From Candidatus Poribacteria bacterium (lineage in GTDB: Bacteria; Poribacteria; WGA-4E; PCPOR2b): 64,000 nt of DNA. The DNA is taken from contig OZ244587.1 of assembly GCA_965218095.1 (NCBI GenBank), forward strand, positions 288,001 to 352,000. Direction: 5' to 3'. Shown here one piece after another: positions 40,524 through 51,915 of the stretch. A model generated the notes under the pieces. The model was not told the origin of the DNA, did not search any database, and was given only the letters and a program-made list of their open reading frames with translations. The first letter of the stretch is position 1. Every line of letters begins with the position of its first letter. Position numbers and translations under genes: made by a program.

Positions 40524-41444
40524 ATGGGCAAGCCCATGCACACAATCAGTCGGTTTCCAACAGAAGCAGTGGATCGGATCGCGGCAGATTTTCGCGGGCG
40601 TATCGGCTTCTACATTGAGGACCTAACCACTGGAATCACACACGAGCACAATGCCGATCAACGCTTTCCGACCGCGAGCGTCTGCAAGGTTCCGGTGATG
40701 ATCGAGTTGTTCCGCCAGGTCGAGGAGGGGTGTCTTTCTCTGGATGAACGCCGGCGGCTTCAAGGAGACATTTCTACCCACGGGTCCGGTGTGCTGAAGC
40801 TGATGGAGGATGAACCGGAACTGACCCTCCACGACTATTGTCGGCTGATGATCAGCATCAGCGATAACATGGCAACTGATTTCTTGCTAGGGGTTGTTGG
40901 GCTGGACTCCGTCAACGCCATGTTGGATGCGCTGGGTTTTCCCAACACCCGGACCAGCGTGACTATGGGCCGCTATCATTACCGGATGTTTGGCATGGAT
41001 GATGTACCGTGCAACCGGAAGAACGACGAAGTGCAACACGAGCGGTCACAGACGCACGGAATCGACTTCAACAGCGTGTCGTTCCAGGATTCTCTGGAGA
41101 ATAACGTCGCCACACCGAGGGACATGGGGGCTATCCTGAAGGGACTTTATCACGGTCAAATCGTCAGCCCCTCCGCGTCTGCTGCGATGATCAAGATGCT
41201 CAAATGCTGCAACGACCGCCGTATGATTCCCCGCGACCTGGGCACTGAGATTCCAATCGCGCACAAGATTGGGTCGAGCGGCCGCATCAAGGGGGATGTG
41301 GGAATCGCCTTCCTGCCGACGGGCCCGCTGGTTATCTCTGCGTTTGCACTTGCCAGCGAAGACGGCGTCCGAGGGGATGAAGCCATTGCCCGGATTAGTC
41401 GGTTGGCGGTGGAAACATTCTCACCCGACAGCATTGCCCAATAA
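40524..41444 (+). CDS. Class A beta-lactamase-like serine hydrolase without a signal peptide
   Basis: FPTASVCK, ISDNMATD, HKIG; AAGGAG RBS before 40524. Confidence 0.88.
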   Translation: MGKPMHTISRFPTEAVDRIAADFRGRIGFYIEDLTTGITHEHNADQRFPTASVCKVPVMIELFRQVEEGCLSLDERRRLQGDISTHGSGVLKLMEDEPELTLHDYCRLMISISDNMATDFLLGVVGLDSVNAMLDALGFPNTRTSVTMGRYHYRMFGMDDVPCNRKNDEVQHERSQTHGIDFNSVSFQDSLENNVATPRDMGAILKGLYHGQIVSPSASAAMIKMLKCCNDRRMIPRDLGTEIPIAHKIGSSGRIKGDVGIAFLPTGPLVISAFALASEDGVRGDEAIARISRLAVETFSPDSIAQ

Positions 41445-41527
41445 TTCGCTTGGCCCCTTGCGAAGGTTCGGAACCTTTGCAAGGTTAGTATTTTATGAAA
41501 ATCCAACTTTACCATGGAGGAAACAAA

Positions 41528-42121
41528 ATGGCAGAAATACACAGTACTTGGAAACGTGATTTTGATGTGTACGACCGACTCAAAAAACTCGGTATCGATC
41601 TGGGAACGAAAGAAGGTTCGGTTTCCGATCCACGCGGTCGGCGTATCTGTAATCTCACCTTTACGCCATCGGGTCTGGTCTTTGCATCGGGCACAGGTGG
41701 TGGTTCAGGACCGGTGACCAATGATGACCAGGATGTGGAAGCCGGCTACCAAGCAGGTTGTGAAGCTGGGATCAGCCACATCTGCTCTCTGCACTGGGGC
41801 TTAGATCCTTTTGGGACATTGAACGATGTTTGGTATTGTGTCAAATGTATCGGCATGGTCAATTCACATGGCGGCGGCTCTTTCTCGAAATCGCCCATGG
41901 TTGTGGATGGCTATACCAAAGTTTTTCATGACGTGTTTGGTGGTCCGCTATCTGAATGGGCCGAGGATGGCATGGACACGTCATTATCCGGCTGGCATGC
42001 ACGCAGCGCCGTGGCCGGATTTGATCTGCCAGGCCACTGTAAGATCGAGCCCGAGATGATTTTCCAGATTGATCCAGATCTGGCAATCAGAATCATCCGG
42101 GAACGCGGGCCGCATATCTAA
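41528..42121 (+). CDS. Divergent RidA/YjgF-family protein
   Basis: VKCIGMVNS, VVDG, HARSAVAG..LP....EPEMIF. Confidence 0.7.
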   Translation: MAEIHSTWKRDFDVYDRLKKLGIDLGTKEGSVSDPRGRRICNLTFTPSGLVFASGTGGGSGPVTNDDQDVEAGYQAGCEAGISHICSLHWGLDPFGTLNDVWYCVKCIGMVNSHGGGSFSKSPMVVDGYTKVFHDVFGGPLSEWAEDGMDTSLSGWHARSAVAGFDLPGHCKIEPEMIFQIDPDLAIRIIRERGPHI

Positions 42122-42186
42122 GATAAATACTCTTCGAAAGGCGGGTTGACTCTCTTTTGAAAGGGTGTCTTTAGTTGGAGGCGCTA

Positions 42187-43085
42187 TGTCCGTTCATTTT
42201 GTTTTTTTGACCGACAATCATCACTACCCCGGTGCACCGAAAGACTACGGAGCGCCGAAGATGTTGACGCATAGCCGAACAGTTCTGGATGCAATCGTTC
42301 CAACGGTAAATGCACTTAAACCTGATTTCATCGTCCACGGGGGCGATCTCCTTTGCGGGGGCAACTCGTTTGACTTGCCGTGGACGACCTATTTGCAATC
42401 GATTGACGAGGTCGCAGAGGTGTTTGCTGGCTTCGAGGTGCCGGCGTATTACGTCCCAGGCAACCATGACTCGGATGCAGAACACGGGTCTTTTGAGCCG
42501 CTTGCGAAACGATTTCCCATCCCCGAAACGATCGATGTCGTTGACGCCGGGCCGCGTCTGCGTCTCGCGCTCGCCAACGTCTATCATCAGTGTAACCCGG
42601 TCAAAGAGGGAAACGGTGTCTGGACCGACGCGCTTGATAAGGCGCTCCGTGAAGCGGCAGAAAAAGCATATCACGAGGGATGTGCGATACTGCTAGTGCT
42701 CCACACCTGGGTGCTGCCAAACTATGAGGAGGATATCTCCAAGGGCATCTTGGGTGGGGTGGATCGTTTACTGGAGACCGTGGAGGAAAATCCTGCCATT
42801 GTCGCACTATTCACGGGGCATAGACATATCAACCGTATTCAGATGTGCCGTGATTTTCTGGTCGTTGATACCGCATGCCTGATCGGTTTTCCGATGGGAT
42901 TTCGGGAGATTCAACTCCAGGACGATGGATATTTCGTCACGCACTTTCATCAACTGGATCTGCCCGAGCTCATCCAGGCGTCATATGATTGTTCCAGCGT
43001 TGAAGCGAACAATGCCTGGCAAGGAGAAATTCGCGACCGCGATACGGCGATTCTCTTGCCAAGGCTTAGAGAGATTTGGCGTTAA
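42187..43085 (+). CDS. Calcineurin-like metallophosphoesterase
   Basis: TDNH, GGDL, PGNHD, TGHRH. Confidence 0.9.
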
Positions 43086-43107
43086 TCGCATAGAAAAGGA
43101 GAAGCAA

Positions 43108-43800
43108 ATGAGAATTCTTGTCACTGGCGCCGCCGGTGCTATTGGTTCGACCATAGTGAAAGGTATGAAAGACAGGTATTCCCTGCGCGGTCTCGACCGC
43201 GTGCCGATGCCTGACCTCGAAGATGCAATTGTCGGAGATGTCACTGACTTCGACATCGTCCTCAAAGCCACCAGAGACATGGACGCGGTGGTTCATCTAG
43301 CAGGTAACCCATCCGGGGGGGCGCCGTGGGAGGAAATACTCCCGAACAACTTCATCGGTACATACAACGTTTTTGAAGCTGCACGGCAAAACAAGGTGCG
43401 TCGTATCGCTTTTGCCAGCCGCGCTGGGCTGCTCGCACCTTACCCCAAAAACATCATGCGGACAGTTGATATGATGCCCCGACCAGAGAGCTACTATTCG
43501 ATTAGCAAAGTGTTCGGGGAGAGTTTGGGCTATATGTACTCCGCCCGGTTCGACATGGAATTCGTGGGAGTTCGGATTGGCAATTTCAAGCGCGATCGAG
43601 ACCTTCCCGTACATCCGCATCAACTTAGCCACGGCGATGCAGTCCGTGTGTTCGAGCAAGCCGTGACGCAGCCGGACGTAAAGTTCGAGATTGTGTTCGG
43701 CGTCTCTGACAGCACTTGGCAGCTTTACGATTTGGAACATGGGCGGAAGGTTCTCAACTATCATCCACAAGATAAGTCGGAAGTGGATCTCGAAGTCTGA
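43108..43800 (+). CDS. NAD-dependent epimerase/dehydratase (uronate-dehydrogenase-like)
   Basis: VTGAAGAIG, YSISKVFGE, RIGNF. Confidence 0.88.
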   Translation: MRILVTGAAGAIGSTIVKGMKDRYSLRGLDRVPMPDLEDAIVGDVTDFDIVLKATRDMDAVVHLAGNPSGGAPWEEILPNNFIGTYNVFEAARQNKVRRIAFASRAGLLAPYPKNIMRTVDMMPRPESYYSISKVFGESLGYMYSARFDMEFVGVRIGNFKRDRDLPVHPHQLSHGDAVRVFEQAVTQPDVKFEIVFGVSDSTWQLYDLEHGRKVLNYHPQDKSEVDLEV

Positions 43801-43838
43801 GACGAAACAGAGGAGAGCATCGGCCAAAAGGAGTTGCT

Positions 43839-44864
43839 ATGGATATCCTGATTATCGGCGGCACGCGTTACATGGGTCGGATTGTGGTACAGCGGCTCCT
43901 TGAACGGGGAGACAGGGTCACCGTATTTTCACGGGGAAATACCAGACCAGAATGGTGGAATCAGGTGCCGCATATTCAAGGCAACTGCAATGATCGGTTG
44001 GACTTCACGGAAAAGCTGAAGGGGAAATCATTTGACGTGGTCATGGATACGCAGGCTTTCCAAAAGGAAGATGTCGAATCTGCGGTGAAAACCTTCCACG
44101 GGAATGTCGGTCGCTACCTCATGGTTAGCACCGGGTCGGTCTATTTGGATGGCAAGGTAGACTTTTTCAAGCATGGCGTGTTCAAAGAGTCGATTGTAGA
44201 TTGGTCGTCGCTTGACTACACCTACCCCGAAGGGGAGGACCCGTACGGTGTGGGCAAGCAACACTGCGAAAAATGGCTACAGGAAAACAGCACGGTGCCA
44301 TACACGATAATCCGTATTCCCTCAGTCATGGGGTGGGACGATCCGACCGGACGGATGTGGTGGTGGGTACAGAGGGCGCTGGACGGACGCGGCGTCATGA
44401 TTCCATTAGAGGATCGCGCCCTGGTTCGCACGCTCTATTCTGCTGATGCGGCGGAGGCTTTCATCCGTGTGCTTGATGTGCCGGATACGGCAAACCAAAC
44501 CTATCATATCGCCATGCAGGAAATTATGACCATAGAACGTTGGGCAGATCTCATCTGGCGGGCGGCCGGTCATGCGTGCAAGATTACCTACGTTCCACGG
44601 AAGGTTATCCACAAGCAAGCCAGCTTGGTAGCTTATGCACCCCCTCTGAGCCAGTCTGTTTCGTACATCTACAATTTGGCCAAGGCAGAGCGTGAATTCA
44701 GCTTCAGCACCACGCCTGTGGAGGAATGGATTCAGACCACCGTGGACTGGTATCATCAGCATTACGAAGGCGATAATTCAGAGGGCTATGAATATCGGGA
44801 AGAAGAGTTGGGGTTGGCGGCAAAGTGGGAGGAGAAGTTTGATCAGTTGATTTCAGCATTTTGA
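43839..44864 (+). CDS. NAD-dependent epimerase/dehydratase family protein
   Basis: IIGGTRYMG, STGSVY, YGVGK. Confidence 0.88.
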   Translation: MDILIIGGTRYMGRIVVQRLLERGDRVTVFSRGNTRPEWWNQVPHIQGNCNDRLDFTEKLKGKSFDVVMDTQAFQKEDVESAVKTFHGNVGRYLMVSTGSVYLDGKVDFFKHGVFKESIVDWSSLDYTYPEGEDPYGVGKQHCEKWLQENSTVPYTIIRIPSVMGWDDPTGRMWWWVQRALDGRGVMIPLEDRALVRTLYSADAAEAFIRVLDVPDTANQTYHIAMQEIMTIERWADLIWRAAGHACKITYVPRKVIHKQASLVAYAPPLSQSVSYIYNLAKAEREFSFSTTPVEEWIQTTVDWYHQHYEGDNSEGYEYREEELGLAAKWEEKFDQLISAF

Positions 44865-45060
44865 GTCCCAACTGAATTTGCGCTAGGTTCTTATCTCGAC
44901 AGTTATTATCCGCAGATTTCGCTGATTCACGCCGATCTTATCAAAGAAATCCGCGAAAATCGGTGTGAATCAGCGGATAAAAAAGGGAGCACAACCAATT
45001 ATCACGGATCAGAATCCACCGGCTCTCAGACTCAGCTTGTCAACCAGAGAGGATTCTACC

Positions 45061-45729
45061 ATGAGCGGCTATGCACTACGGTTGCTAGAGGATTACCTAA
45101 CCAAAGGCAGCGAGATTTCGCCCGCGCTGCCACCACGAAATCGAGTAGTGTATGTGGTAGAAGGAGACATGACGATTATCGCCAACGAGCAGCCTCACGA
45201 ATTCGCTCAAAAGAACGCGTGGTTTGGCGCGGGCTCTTGCTCTCTGAAGGCCGGGGCGCAGGGCACCTGGCTCTGGCGGTGGGAACTTGTGAGGGCGCCT
45301 GCGGCTGACGATGGCATCGCCTCAGGCAATGGGGTTATGTCTCAGTTAAAGCAATATCGAGAGCTCGATTTGGAATCTCAGGGCGAATACCTGATGCGCT
45401 GTGATCGGGTCGATTTTCCTTTGGGGGGCATCGCCTACACACACACGCATGCGGGCCCCGGTATCCGCTGCCTTTTACAGGGCGAAATTCGGATCCGAGT
45501 GAACGAGAGAGAATTGCTGATACACCCGGGTGTATCATGGTTTGAAAGCGGCCCCGACCCGGTCCTGGCGACGACTTCAGCCACCCATCTGACCAGCTTT
45601 GTCCGCGCAATGATCCTCCCACGCTCCCTGAAGGGAGAAAGCTCAATACATTACGTAAGACCCGAAGACCAAGACAAACCGAAAACCCAACAGTACACCC
45701 GATTCGTTGACGAATTCATTGAAATTTGA
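45061..45729 (+). CDS. Bicupin-like protein
   Basis: RCDRVDFP, HTHAGPGIRCLL, WFESGPDPV; GAGG RBS before 45061. Confidence 0.75.
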   Translation: MSGYALRLLEDYLTKGSEISPALPPRNRVVYVVEGDMTIIANEQPHEFAQKNAWFGAGSCSLKAGAQGTWLWRWELVRAPAADDGIASGNGVMSQLKQYRELDLESQGEYLMRCDRVDFPLGGIAYTHTHAGPGIRCLLQGEIRIRVNERELLIHPGVSWFESGPDPVLATTSATHLTSFVRAMILPRSLKGESSIHYVRPEDQDKPKTQQYTRFVDEFIEI

Positions 45730-45808
45730 TTTTGAACCGGTTGAAACTTTTCACGCTAGTAAATGGCGTAGGTTAGTACTACAACGAGACTTCGTAAAAC
45801 GGGGATTT

Positions 45809-45883
45809 CGTAGAGCCTGCTGCTAGCTGATTCATATACTTCTGCGGTGGCAGAGCAGATGGGCTGGCAACCCGCTCTACTTC
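45809..45883. repeat. REP/MITE-like element with GTAGAGC...GCTCTAC ends (copy 2)
   Basis: Shares both ends with 9901-10003. Confidence 0.75.
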
Positions 45884-46427
45884 TGAAAATCTCGTTGTAG
45901 GGACCTCTAAGAAAATAATCCTTCCAACCGCTCTCGCCGGATTGCCAAATCTGACGATCGGAATTTGGCAATCCCGATCAAGCAGGTGGAAAATTTTATT
46001 TTTTGGAAAAGCCTTACGCTTCACTTTTCGATTCTTCTGCCATGATGTTTTTGTATTGGCCCACAACATGTTGAATACGGCGAGATTCACTGGAAATTAT
46101 ACCAATTATGGAGAGCGTGACATTTCCATTATTCCCCTAATCCGCAGCGAATTGAGTTTATCAGCTCATCCTCCTGCAAGATGTATTTGACCATTACAGA
46201 ATATGGATGTTTTCTGCGATTTTGGGAAAATTATGTAGTGGTCAACATGATGATCGTCCCCCCCTCGGTGTGGCCCCGATAGATCGGGATGCGAGCAATT
46301 GACAAATCCACGCCATAGCCGATGGATTTGCCAATCCATCGGGAGCGGTGTCAAGCATCCTCCTGACTATTACAGATTTTGAGAAGATTAACACACAGGA
46401 ATCTGCGAAATCCTGGGGAGAAAGCCA

Positions 46428-47774
46428 ATGTCAGATACAAACAAGAAAAACGCGCTGTTCCACCGCGATCTGCATTACAACTATCCTCTCCTTGTGCGCG
46501 GGGAAGGAATTTACCTTTATGATAATACCGGCAAACGCTACATTGACGGCGTCGCTGGCGCGAGCAATGTCACCCTGGGGCACGGTCGCCGGCGTATCGC
46601 GGATGCGATGGCAGACCAGGGCCGCACGCTCGCCTACTGCTTCTCAACACATTTTACCAACCAACCCGCGCTAGACCTCGCCGAGCGGATTGGAGAGATA
46701 GCGCCTGGCGACCTCAACTACGTCTACTTTGCCTCCGGAGGCTCGGAGGGCATTGAAACCGCGATCAAGATTGCTCGCCAGTATCATGTGCAGCGTGGCA
46801 ATGGGCAGAAATATCAGGTCATCGCTCGCTGGCGTGGCTACCATGGCGCGACGCTCGGCGCCGTGGGAGCTACAGGGATGCCGGGGATGCGAGCGCCTTT
46901 CGCGCCGTTGCTGCCCAATTTCTCGCACATCGCGCCCTGCTATCCCTACCGCTGCCCGTTTGCCGAGTGTGAGGGGAAATGCAATCTGACCTGCGCCCGC
47001 GAACTGGAGCAGGCGATTTTGCAGGCTGGACCGGAGAATGTCGCCGCCTTCGTCGCTGAACCGGTGGTCCTTGGGGGCGTCGCCGGTGGCATACCGCCAT
47101 CGGATTACTATCCGCTCATCCGCGAAATCTGCGACAAGTATGACGTCCTGTTTATCGCCGATGAAATCATCACTGGCTTTGGGCGTAGCGGCAGGTATTT
47201 TGCCATCGAGCATTGGGATGTTACGCCAGATATGATTGTCTTCGGAAAGGCAGCGAGCAGCGGCTATGCCCCTTTGAGTGGCGTGATCATTCGGGATAAG
47301 ATTCGTGATATTTTCGCTGAGGGCGGCAAACCCTTCGCCCACATTTTCACCTACGTCAATAATCCCATTCCGATGCGGGTTGGGCTGGAGGTGCTGGACA
47401 TCATTGAAGATGAGGGTATCCTTGAGCATACCGTGCAGATGGGCGAGTACCTGTTGGGGCGCGCGGCGGCGTTGCACGCGCATCCAAGCGTCGGTGAGAT
47501 TCGCGGGATAGGACTGATTCTCGGTATCGAGTTGGTACGTAACAAAGAGAGCAAAGAACCCTTTCCTGCATCGCTCGGAGTCCACAAGCGCCTCAACAAA
47601 ATTCTGCTGGACAAAGGACTGTCCGTGGGAACCTTCGGCGGTGTGGCTGACTGGGTGAACGGCGACGACCTGCGCTTCTATCCGCCGCTCATTATCACTC
47701 GCGGGCAGATTGACGAAGCGCTTAGTATCCTCGACGAGGGATTGGGGGAGTTGGAGGATGAACTATCGATCTAA
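46428..47774 (+). CDS. Class III PLP aminotransferase
   Basis: SGGSEG, YHGAT, DEIITGFGRSG, FGKAASSGY. Confidence 0.95.
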   Translation: MSDTNKKNALFHRDLHYNYPLLVRGEGIYLYDNTGKRYIDGVAGASNVTLGHGRRRIADAMADQGRTLAYCFSTHFTNQPALDLAERIGEIAPGDLNYVYFASGGSEGIETAIKIARQYHVQRGNGQKYQVIARWRGYHGATLGAVGATGMPGMRAPFAPLLPNFSHIAPCYPYRCPFAECEGKCNLTCARELEQAILQAGPENVAAFVAEPVVLGGVAGGIPPSDYYPLIREICDKYDVLFIADEIITGFGRSGRYFAIEHWDVTPDMIVFGKAASSGYAPLSGVIIRDKIRDIFAEGGKPFAHIFTYVNNPIPMRVGLEVLDIIEDEGILEHTVQMGEYLLGRAAALHAHPSVGEIRGIGLILGIELVRNKESKEPFPASLGVHKRLNKILLDKGLSVGTFGGVADWVNGDDLRFYPPLIITRGQIDEALSILDEGLGELEDELSI

Positions 47775-47835
47775 CAGCAGACCCCTTGAACTGAAGGCTA
47801 GATTGGGGCTTTTCCAATATCTCGTTCTCCCATTT

Positions 47836-50277
47836 TCACCGACTGTCCTGCTTCCTCATTTCTACCACCAACGCTCCCCGATTCACCGAACCCGCTTCGA
47901 TTTCCTGCTGAACGTACCCCGCTGCCCGAATAACAACGCGATACCGTCTCGCTTCGATTCCACGGAAGACGACTTTTCCAGCCGAATCTGTCACTAACGG
48001 AAAAGTATCGTCTAATGTCACTCTTGCTCCGGCGACGGATTTCCGTGAGGTCTGATCAACAATCTGAATTTCAAGTTGCGTTTGGAGCAACTCAGTGTCC
48101 TTCAGAAATTGCCACGTTCCCAAAAAGATTGCATACGCCTCCTGCGCGATTAGTGCGGGTGAATCAGCGGGCTCATGTAGATGTGGGTGGTTGATGGAAT
48201 GGATTTCGAGTGCGAGCGCAGGTTTGTTCGTCCACCGAATCTCCGGCGATTCCTCATCCCTAACAGTTTCGATCGGTGTCTCGAATAGAACGATGTTAAA
48301 TTGTTCAAGTATCGCCTTGAGGTAATTTTCCGTGACCTGATTCCCCGGATAATTGGCGGCGATTGCCGATGGCGCGCCTTCTACCCACGCACCGTGATCG
48401 ATACGGAGGTAGTACCCCTCCCGTTTGACTGCGTTCACAACCTTGATCCGTTTTGCGACAGAGATTTTTTCATCTTTCTCTCGAACGAGATAAACCCTCG
48501 CTCCGGCAATCTCCAACATCTCCTTCAGGGCTTTGACCACGGTGAGGTTGAGGTCCGCGGCGGCGACGGAATCTGTGATGGGCTTTCCCCGTTCAGAACC
48601 GCCGTAGCGTGCATCAAGGACGAAGACGTGCTCGATGAGCGCCCCCTCGGCAATCGGGTGTAATGCGGGGCGGACGATCTGCGCTTCGTTTGACACCACT
48701 TTGGCCTTCAGTCTGAGGTTGTAGTAGCCCGCCTTTGAAACGTGAAGCGTCGTGCGCCCCGGCGGAACGTTATCGAAAAAGAAACGCCCATCCGGATTGG
48801 TCTGCGTGGTTCTGTTCTTTTTCGTTACCAACTGTGCGATTGCATCTGCAACGGCGTTTCCGTCTACATCACGGACCGTCCCCTGAACAATCCCGCCGCG
48901 AATCTCACCAAATCGGATGGTGATTGCTTCCCGCTTCTCCTTGTAAACCACTTCCACCTGTGCAATGCCCGACTGTGGCTGGGTTGCATCGGTGTGCAGG
49001 TAAAATTGCGCTTCTCCGTTTTTCGACAACTGCATTGTTTTGGCAAGCCTTCCCAGCGATGTCTGGGCGTGAATCGGCTCATCATCGGCGATTGGCAGAC
49101 CGTCTTTGTCGAACGCGGTGACGGTGATGCCGACATAGCTCTTTCCATCGGGTGGGATGACCTCCGTCCACGCGCTAAGTTTCATCGTCGCAGCGGGCGG
49201 GGCAACTTTGAACCACTGATCACCGGGAAGGCTGTGATTGCCGTAGTAGTTGATGAGGACTGTTTCGACGAAATGCACTCCGTTGGAGATCGGCTTCTTC
49301 AGCTTGACCACAATCAGATCTTTGGCGCGGAGATACTGATGGGGCACGACGACGCCATCGAGTTTGACATAGATGGCGTCAGAAAAGACCTGCTGCCGCT
49401 TGAGCATCCACGCACCACGCGCATGCAAGCCATCCATGACGCGAATCTGGATGCGCGGCGTTTTGGTTTCAACCGACGACTCCGCTGGTGGGGTCACCAA
49501 AACGCCCTTGGGAAATCCCGCCGCAGCGTAACGCGCAATCCCGAGAAAATAGCCGTAAGCCTCGCGTTTGTTGTATGACTTCTTTTTCAAACGCTTCTCT
49601 TCTGCGCGGTTGGAATAGAACGACGCTTCGCACAAAACAGCGGTGGGCTCCGCCAGACGCAGCACGCCAAATCCCGAAGGCACAACCAACTGATCCGAAT
49701 AGAGCCCGGTTGGGGGGAATTGCGCCAGGCGGAGGGCTTCAGCGACACCCTGCTGAATGTACCGAGCGAGGTCTAAACTGGCGCGAGCATCATCGGCATC
49801 TTGATGATACCATGTGGAGGTGTAATTCGTTTTGGGGTCTGTGAAAAAATTGTGATGGAGAGAAATAAAAAAATCGACTGCGTTCTGATTGGCAATCTCA
49901 ATGCGGACTGGAATGCTGACGAAGGAATCATCGGTTCGCGTCATGAGGACAATCGCACCTACCTCCGTCAGAAACTCACGCAGATAGAGTGCAACGCGCA
50001 GGTTGACCTCCGCTTCGCGGAGCCCTGTCGGGCCACGCTTATAATTTGACAGGTGGGCACCTCCGCCATGTCCCGGGTCCAGGCAGATTTTGATGCCCTT
50101 AAGATAACGGGCATAGGGTGGTATCGCGAAATTGGCTTTGGGCAGTTTGTGCCACTCGTCATGTTTTTCGCCGCAGCCGGTCAGGGCTATTGATACGATA
50201 AGGGCAACGGAAAGGAAAAGTGTTAAGGAGGACACGCTGAGAACATGAGGTGGAAGTTTCAGATGACCATTTATCAT
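47836..50277 (-). CDS. N-acetylmuramoyl-L-alanine amidase lipoprotein with Ig-like domains and a second degenerate amidase domain
   Basis: LTGC lipobox, LDPGHGG, REAEVNL, SLHHN, LCEASF; second copy LDARYGG. Start uncertain. Confidence 0.85.
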   Translation of the reverse strand: MINGHLKLPPHVLSVSSLTLFLSVALIVSIALTGCGEKHDEWHKLPKANFAIPPYARYLKGIKICLDPGHGGGAHLSNYKRGPTGLREAEVNLRVALYLREFLTEVGAIVLMTRTDDSFVSIPVRIEIANQNAVDFFISLHHNFFTDPKTNYTSTWYHQDADDARASLDLARYIQQGVAEALRLAQFPPTGLYSDQLVVPSGFGVLRLAEPTAVLCEASFYSNRAEEKRLKKKSYNKREAYGYFLGIARYAAAGFPKGVLVTPPAESSVETKTPRIQIRVMDGLHARGAWMLKRQQVFSDAIYVKLDGVVVPHQYLRAKDLIVVKLKKPISNGVHFVETVLINYYGNHSLPGDQWFKVAPPAATMKLSAWTEVIPPDGKSYVGITVTAFDKDGLPIADDEPIHAQTSLGRLAKTMQLSKNGEAQFYLHTDATQPQSGIAQVEVVYKEKREAITIRFGEIRGGIVQGTVRDVDGNAVADAIAQLVTKKNRTTQTNPDGRFFFDNVPPGRTTLHVSKAGYYNLRLKAKVVSNEAQIVRPALHPIAEGALIEHVFVLDARYGGSERGKPITDSVAAADLNLTVVKALKEMLEIAGARVYLVREKDEKISVAKRIKVVNAVKREGYYLRIDHGAWVEGAPSAIAANYPGNQVTENYLKAILEQFNIVLFETPIETVRDEESPEIRWTNKPALALEIHSINHPHLHEPADSPALIAQEAYAIFLGTWQFLKDTELLQTQLEIQIVDQTSRKSVAGARVTLDDTFPLVTDSAGKVVFRGIEARRYRVVIRAAGYVQQEIEAGSVNRGALVVEMRKQDSR

Positions 50278-50334
50278 TAGAAGCTGACGGTGTACAGTGC
50301 AGTAGTGCTCTGTGAAATAAGTTTTGACGAACCC

Positions 50335-50420
50335 GCTCACCACTCGACTCGGCTTGGATTGCCAAATCCAAGCCAATTCTGAAGGATTTGCTGTGGATTT
50401 GGCAATCCACACCGAGCGGG
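50335..50420. repeat. GGATTGCCAAATCC palindrome family (other copies at 45939-45974 and 46298-46335)
   Basis: TGGATTGCCAAATCCA (50355-50370) pairs perfectly with TGGATTTGGCAATCCA (50394-50409). Confidence 0.7.
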
Positions 50421-50467
50421 GTTATCAGGGGTTACTTTACAGATCACTAAGTTACCAAAGTCAAGGA

Positions 50468-51528
50468 TTACTCCTCCGCATACACCACGCTCTCTATGTC
50501 GCGTGTCTCTGAGTCCTGGTTACCGCCCCAGGACATAAAGTAGAGAATCATGAAGCGGTCACCATTGAGTGGGATGATGCTAGAGTAGCCGCCGATTGTG
50601 CGGCCGAGGGTAACTGACTCATGGACAGAGGAGTTGACCATACCAGCGTTGGTGAGTTGCGCCAGGTACCATTCCAATCGCCTTCGTGGGAGTAATTGCT
50701 GAATCCGACGCCGCACCACCCCTGATCCAAATCGCCAACCCAGCGGTATGAGCACAGTAGTGTCCCTTTTCGGGTGAGAAACAGTGTCGGTGAGTGTCCG
50801 TAGATGGGATACATGGTCAGTTCCAAGTCAGACCATGTGCGTCCTTTGTCTTCTGAGAAGGTCCAGTAAAGGGGCATCATGCCGTGGCCCGCGGGGGAGT
50901 CGTCGCTTGCAACGATTGCCATCAGGCGGCCGTCGGGCAATTCTATCACCTCGTTTTGGGCGATGACGCCGCGACAGAGGAGGACTCCCTCATCCCAGGT
51001 GCGCCCGCCATCAACTGACCGGAGTTGGACGCTAACCGCAACCCGTTCACCTCGGAAGCGTCCCCACACCGGCATGAGCAGTGTGCCGTTGGATAACTCG
51101 CGGATCTTGCCGTAGGTGTGCACCTCGGACCAATCAAAGCCAGCAATCTCTTTGCCGACAGGTTCAGGATCTGACCAGGATTCGCCGTTGTCTGTAGAGC
51201 GGCACAGGTATACACCCTAATGGGGACCTCCCGTGCCAGAAAGGGGTAACAGTATCGTCCCATCGCTGATCTCCGCCATACCATGATAAGCCAAAAATGA
51301 CGTCGGATGGTCAGGGCGTGACGGGATGAACTGATGGATGGGGCCTTCCCAGGTCCGTCCTCTGTCGCGGGAACGTTTTGCTCCTGAGATGGTCCGCGGT
51401 TGTTCTGAAGTGATGTCCGGGTAACGCGCTGTCACCAGAATATCGCCGTTCTGCAAACGCTCCCCGCCCGGCGTGGCGACATTCTCGGCCCAGATGACGA
51501 CGCGACTTTCACGATGAAACTGTGGCAT
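50468..51528 (-). pseudogene. Sialidase/BNR (Asp-box) repeat protein, disrupted
   Basis: S.D.G.TW boxes (SRDRGRTW, STDNGESW, SVDGGRTW, SEDKGRTW); in-frame TAG at 51219-51217; frameshift near 50640. Confidence 0.85.
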
Positions 51529-51915
51529 GTGTGCCTCCTCAAGGAATTATCAGTAATCAAAAACAAGCAAGCTTCGTTAGTTTTCCCCAAACCGCTCGAC
51601 AAACGCTGTATGTTCAGCGGTCTCTAGGTCACTAAGATTTCATATAATTCTGTCCAAACTATAGAACCACAGATAAGGGAAGAATCGCCTGCCTGTGACG
51701 AAGGCAGACAGACCTTTTCCTCCCTCCTTCCTTTTTTCCCTTCCTTCCGTTTCGGCGTCTCAGTCCATCATTTCAAACCCAAACAGGTATATAAATGAAA
51801 AACTCGTATCAATTATCTGAAGAGAAGGATATTCTCTGCACCATCTCGGCTCCAATTGATGCCGCGTAACTTCTGAAAGTTATGTTCGACTGATTGTGCA
51901 GCAAGTTGCATAGTG

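Noticed and set aside
40524-41444. Antibiotic-resistance beta-lactamase
   Set aside because: No signal peptide, KIG instead of KTG and no clear class A omega-loop glutamate motif.
50278-50412. N-terminal extension of the amidase ORF
   Set aside because: It is read through a palindromic repeat. The ORF-track starts of sucC (33076), the serpin (34289), PhyH (37635) and the 40410 ORF are likewise over-extended relative to RBS-supported starts.
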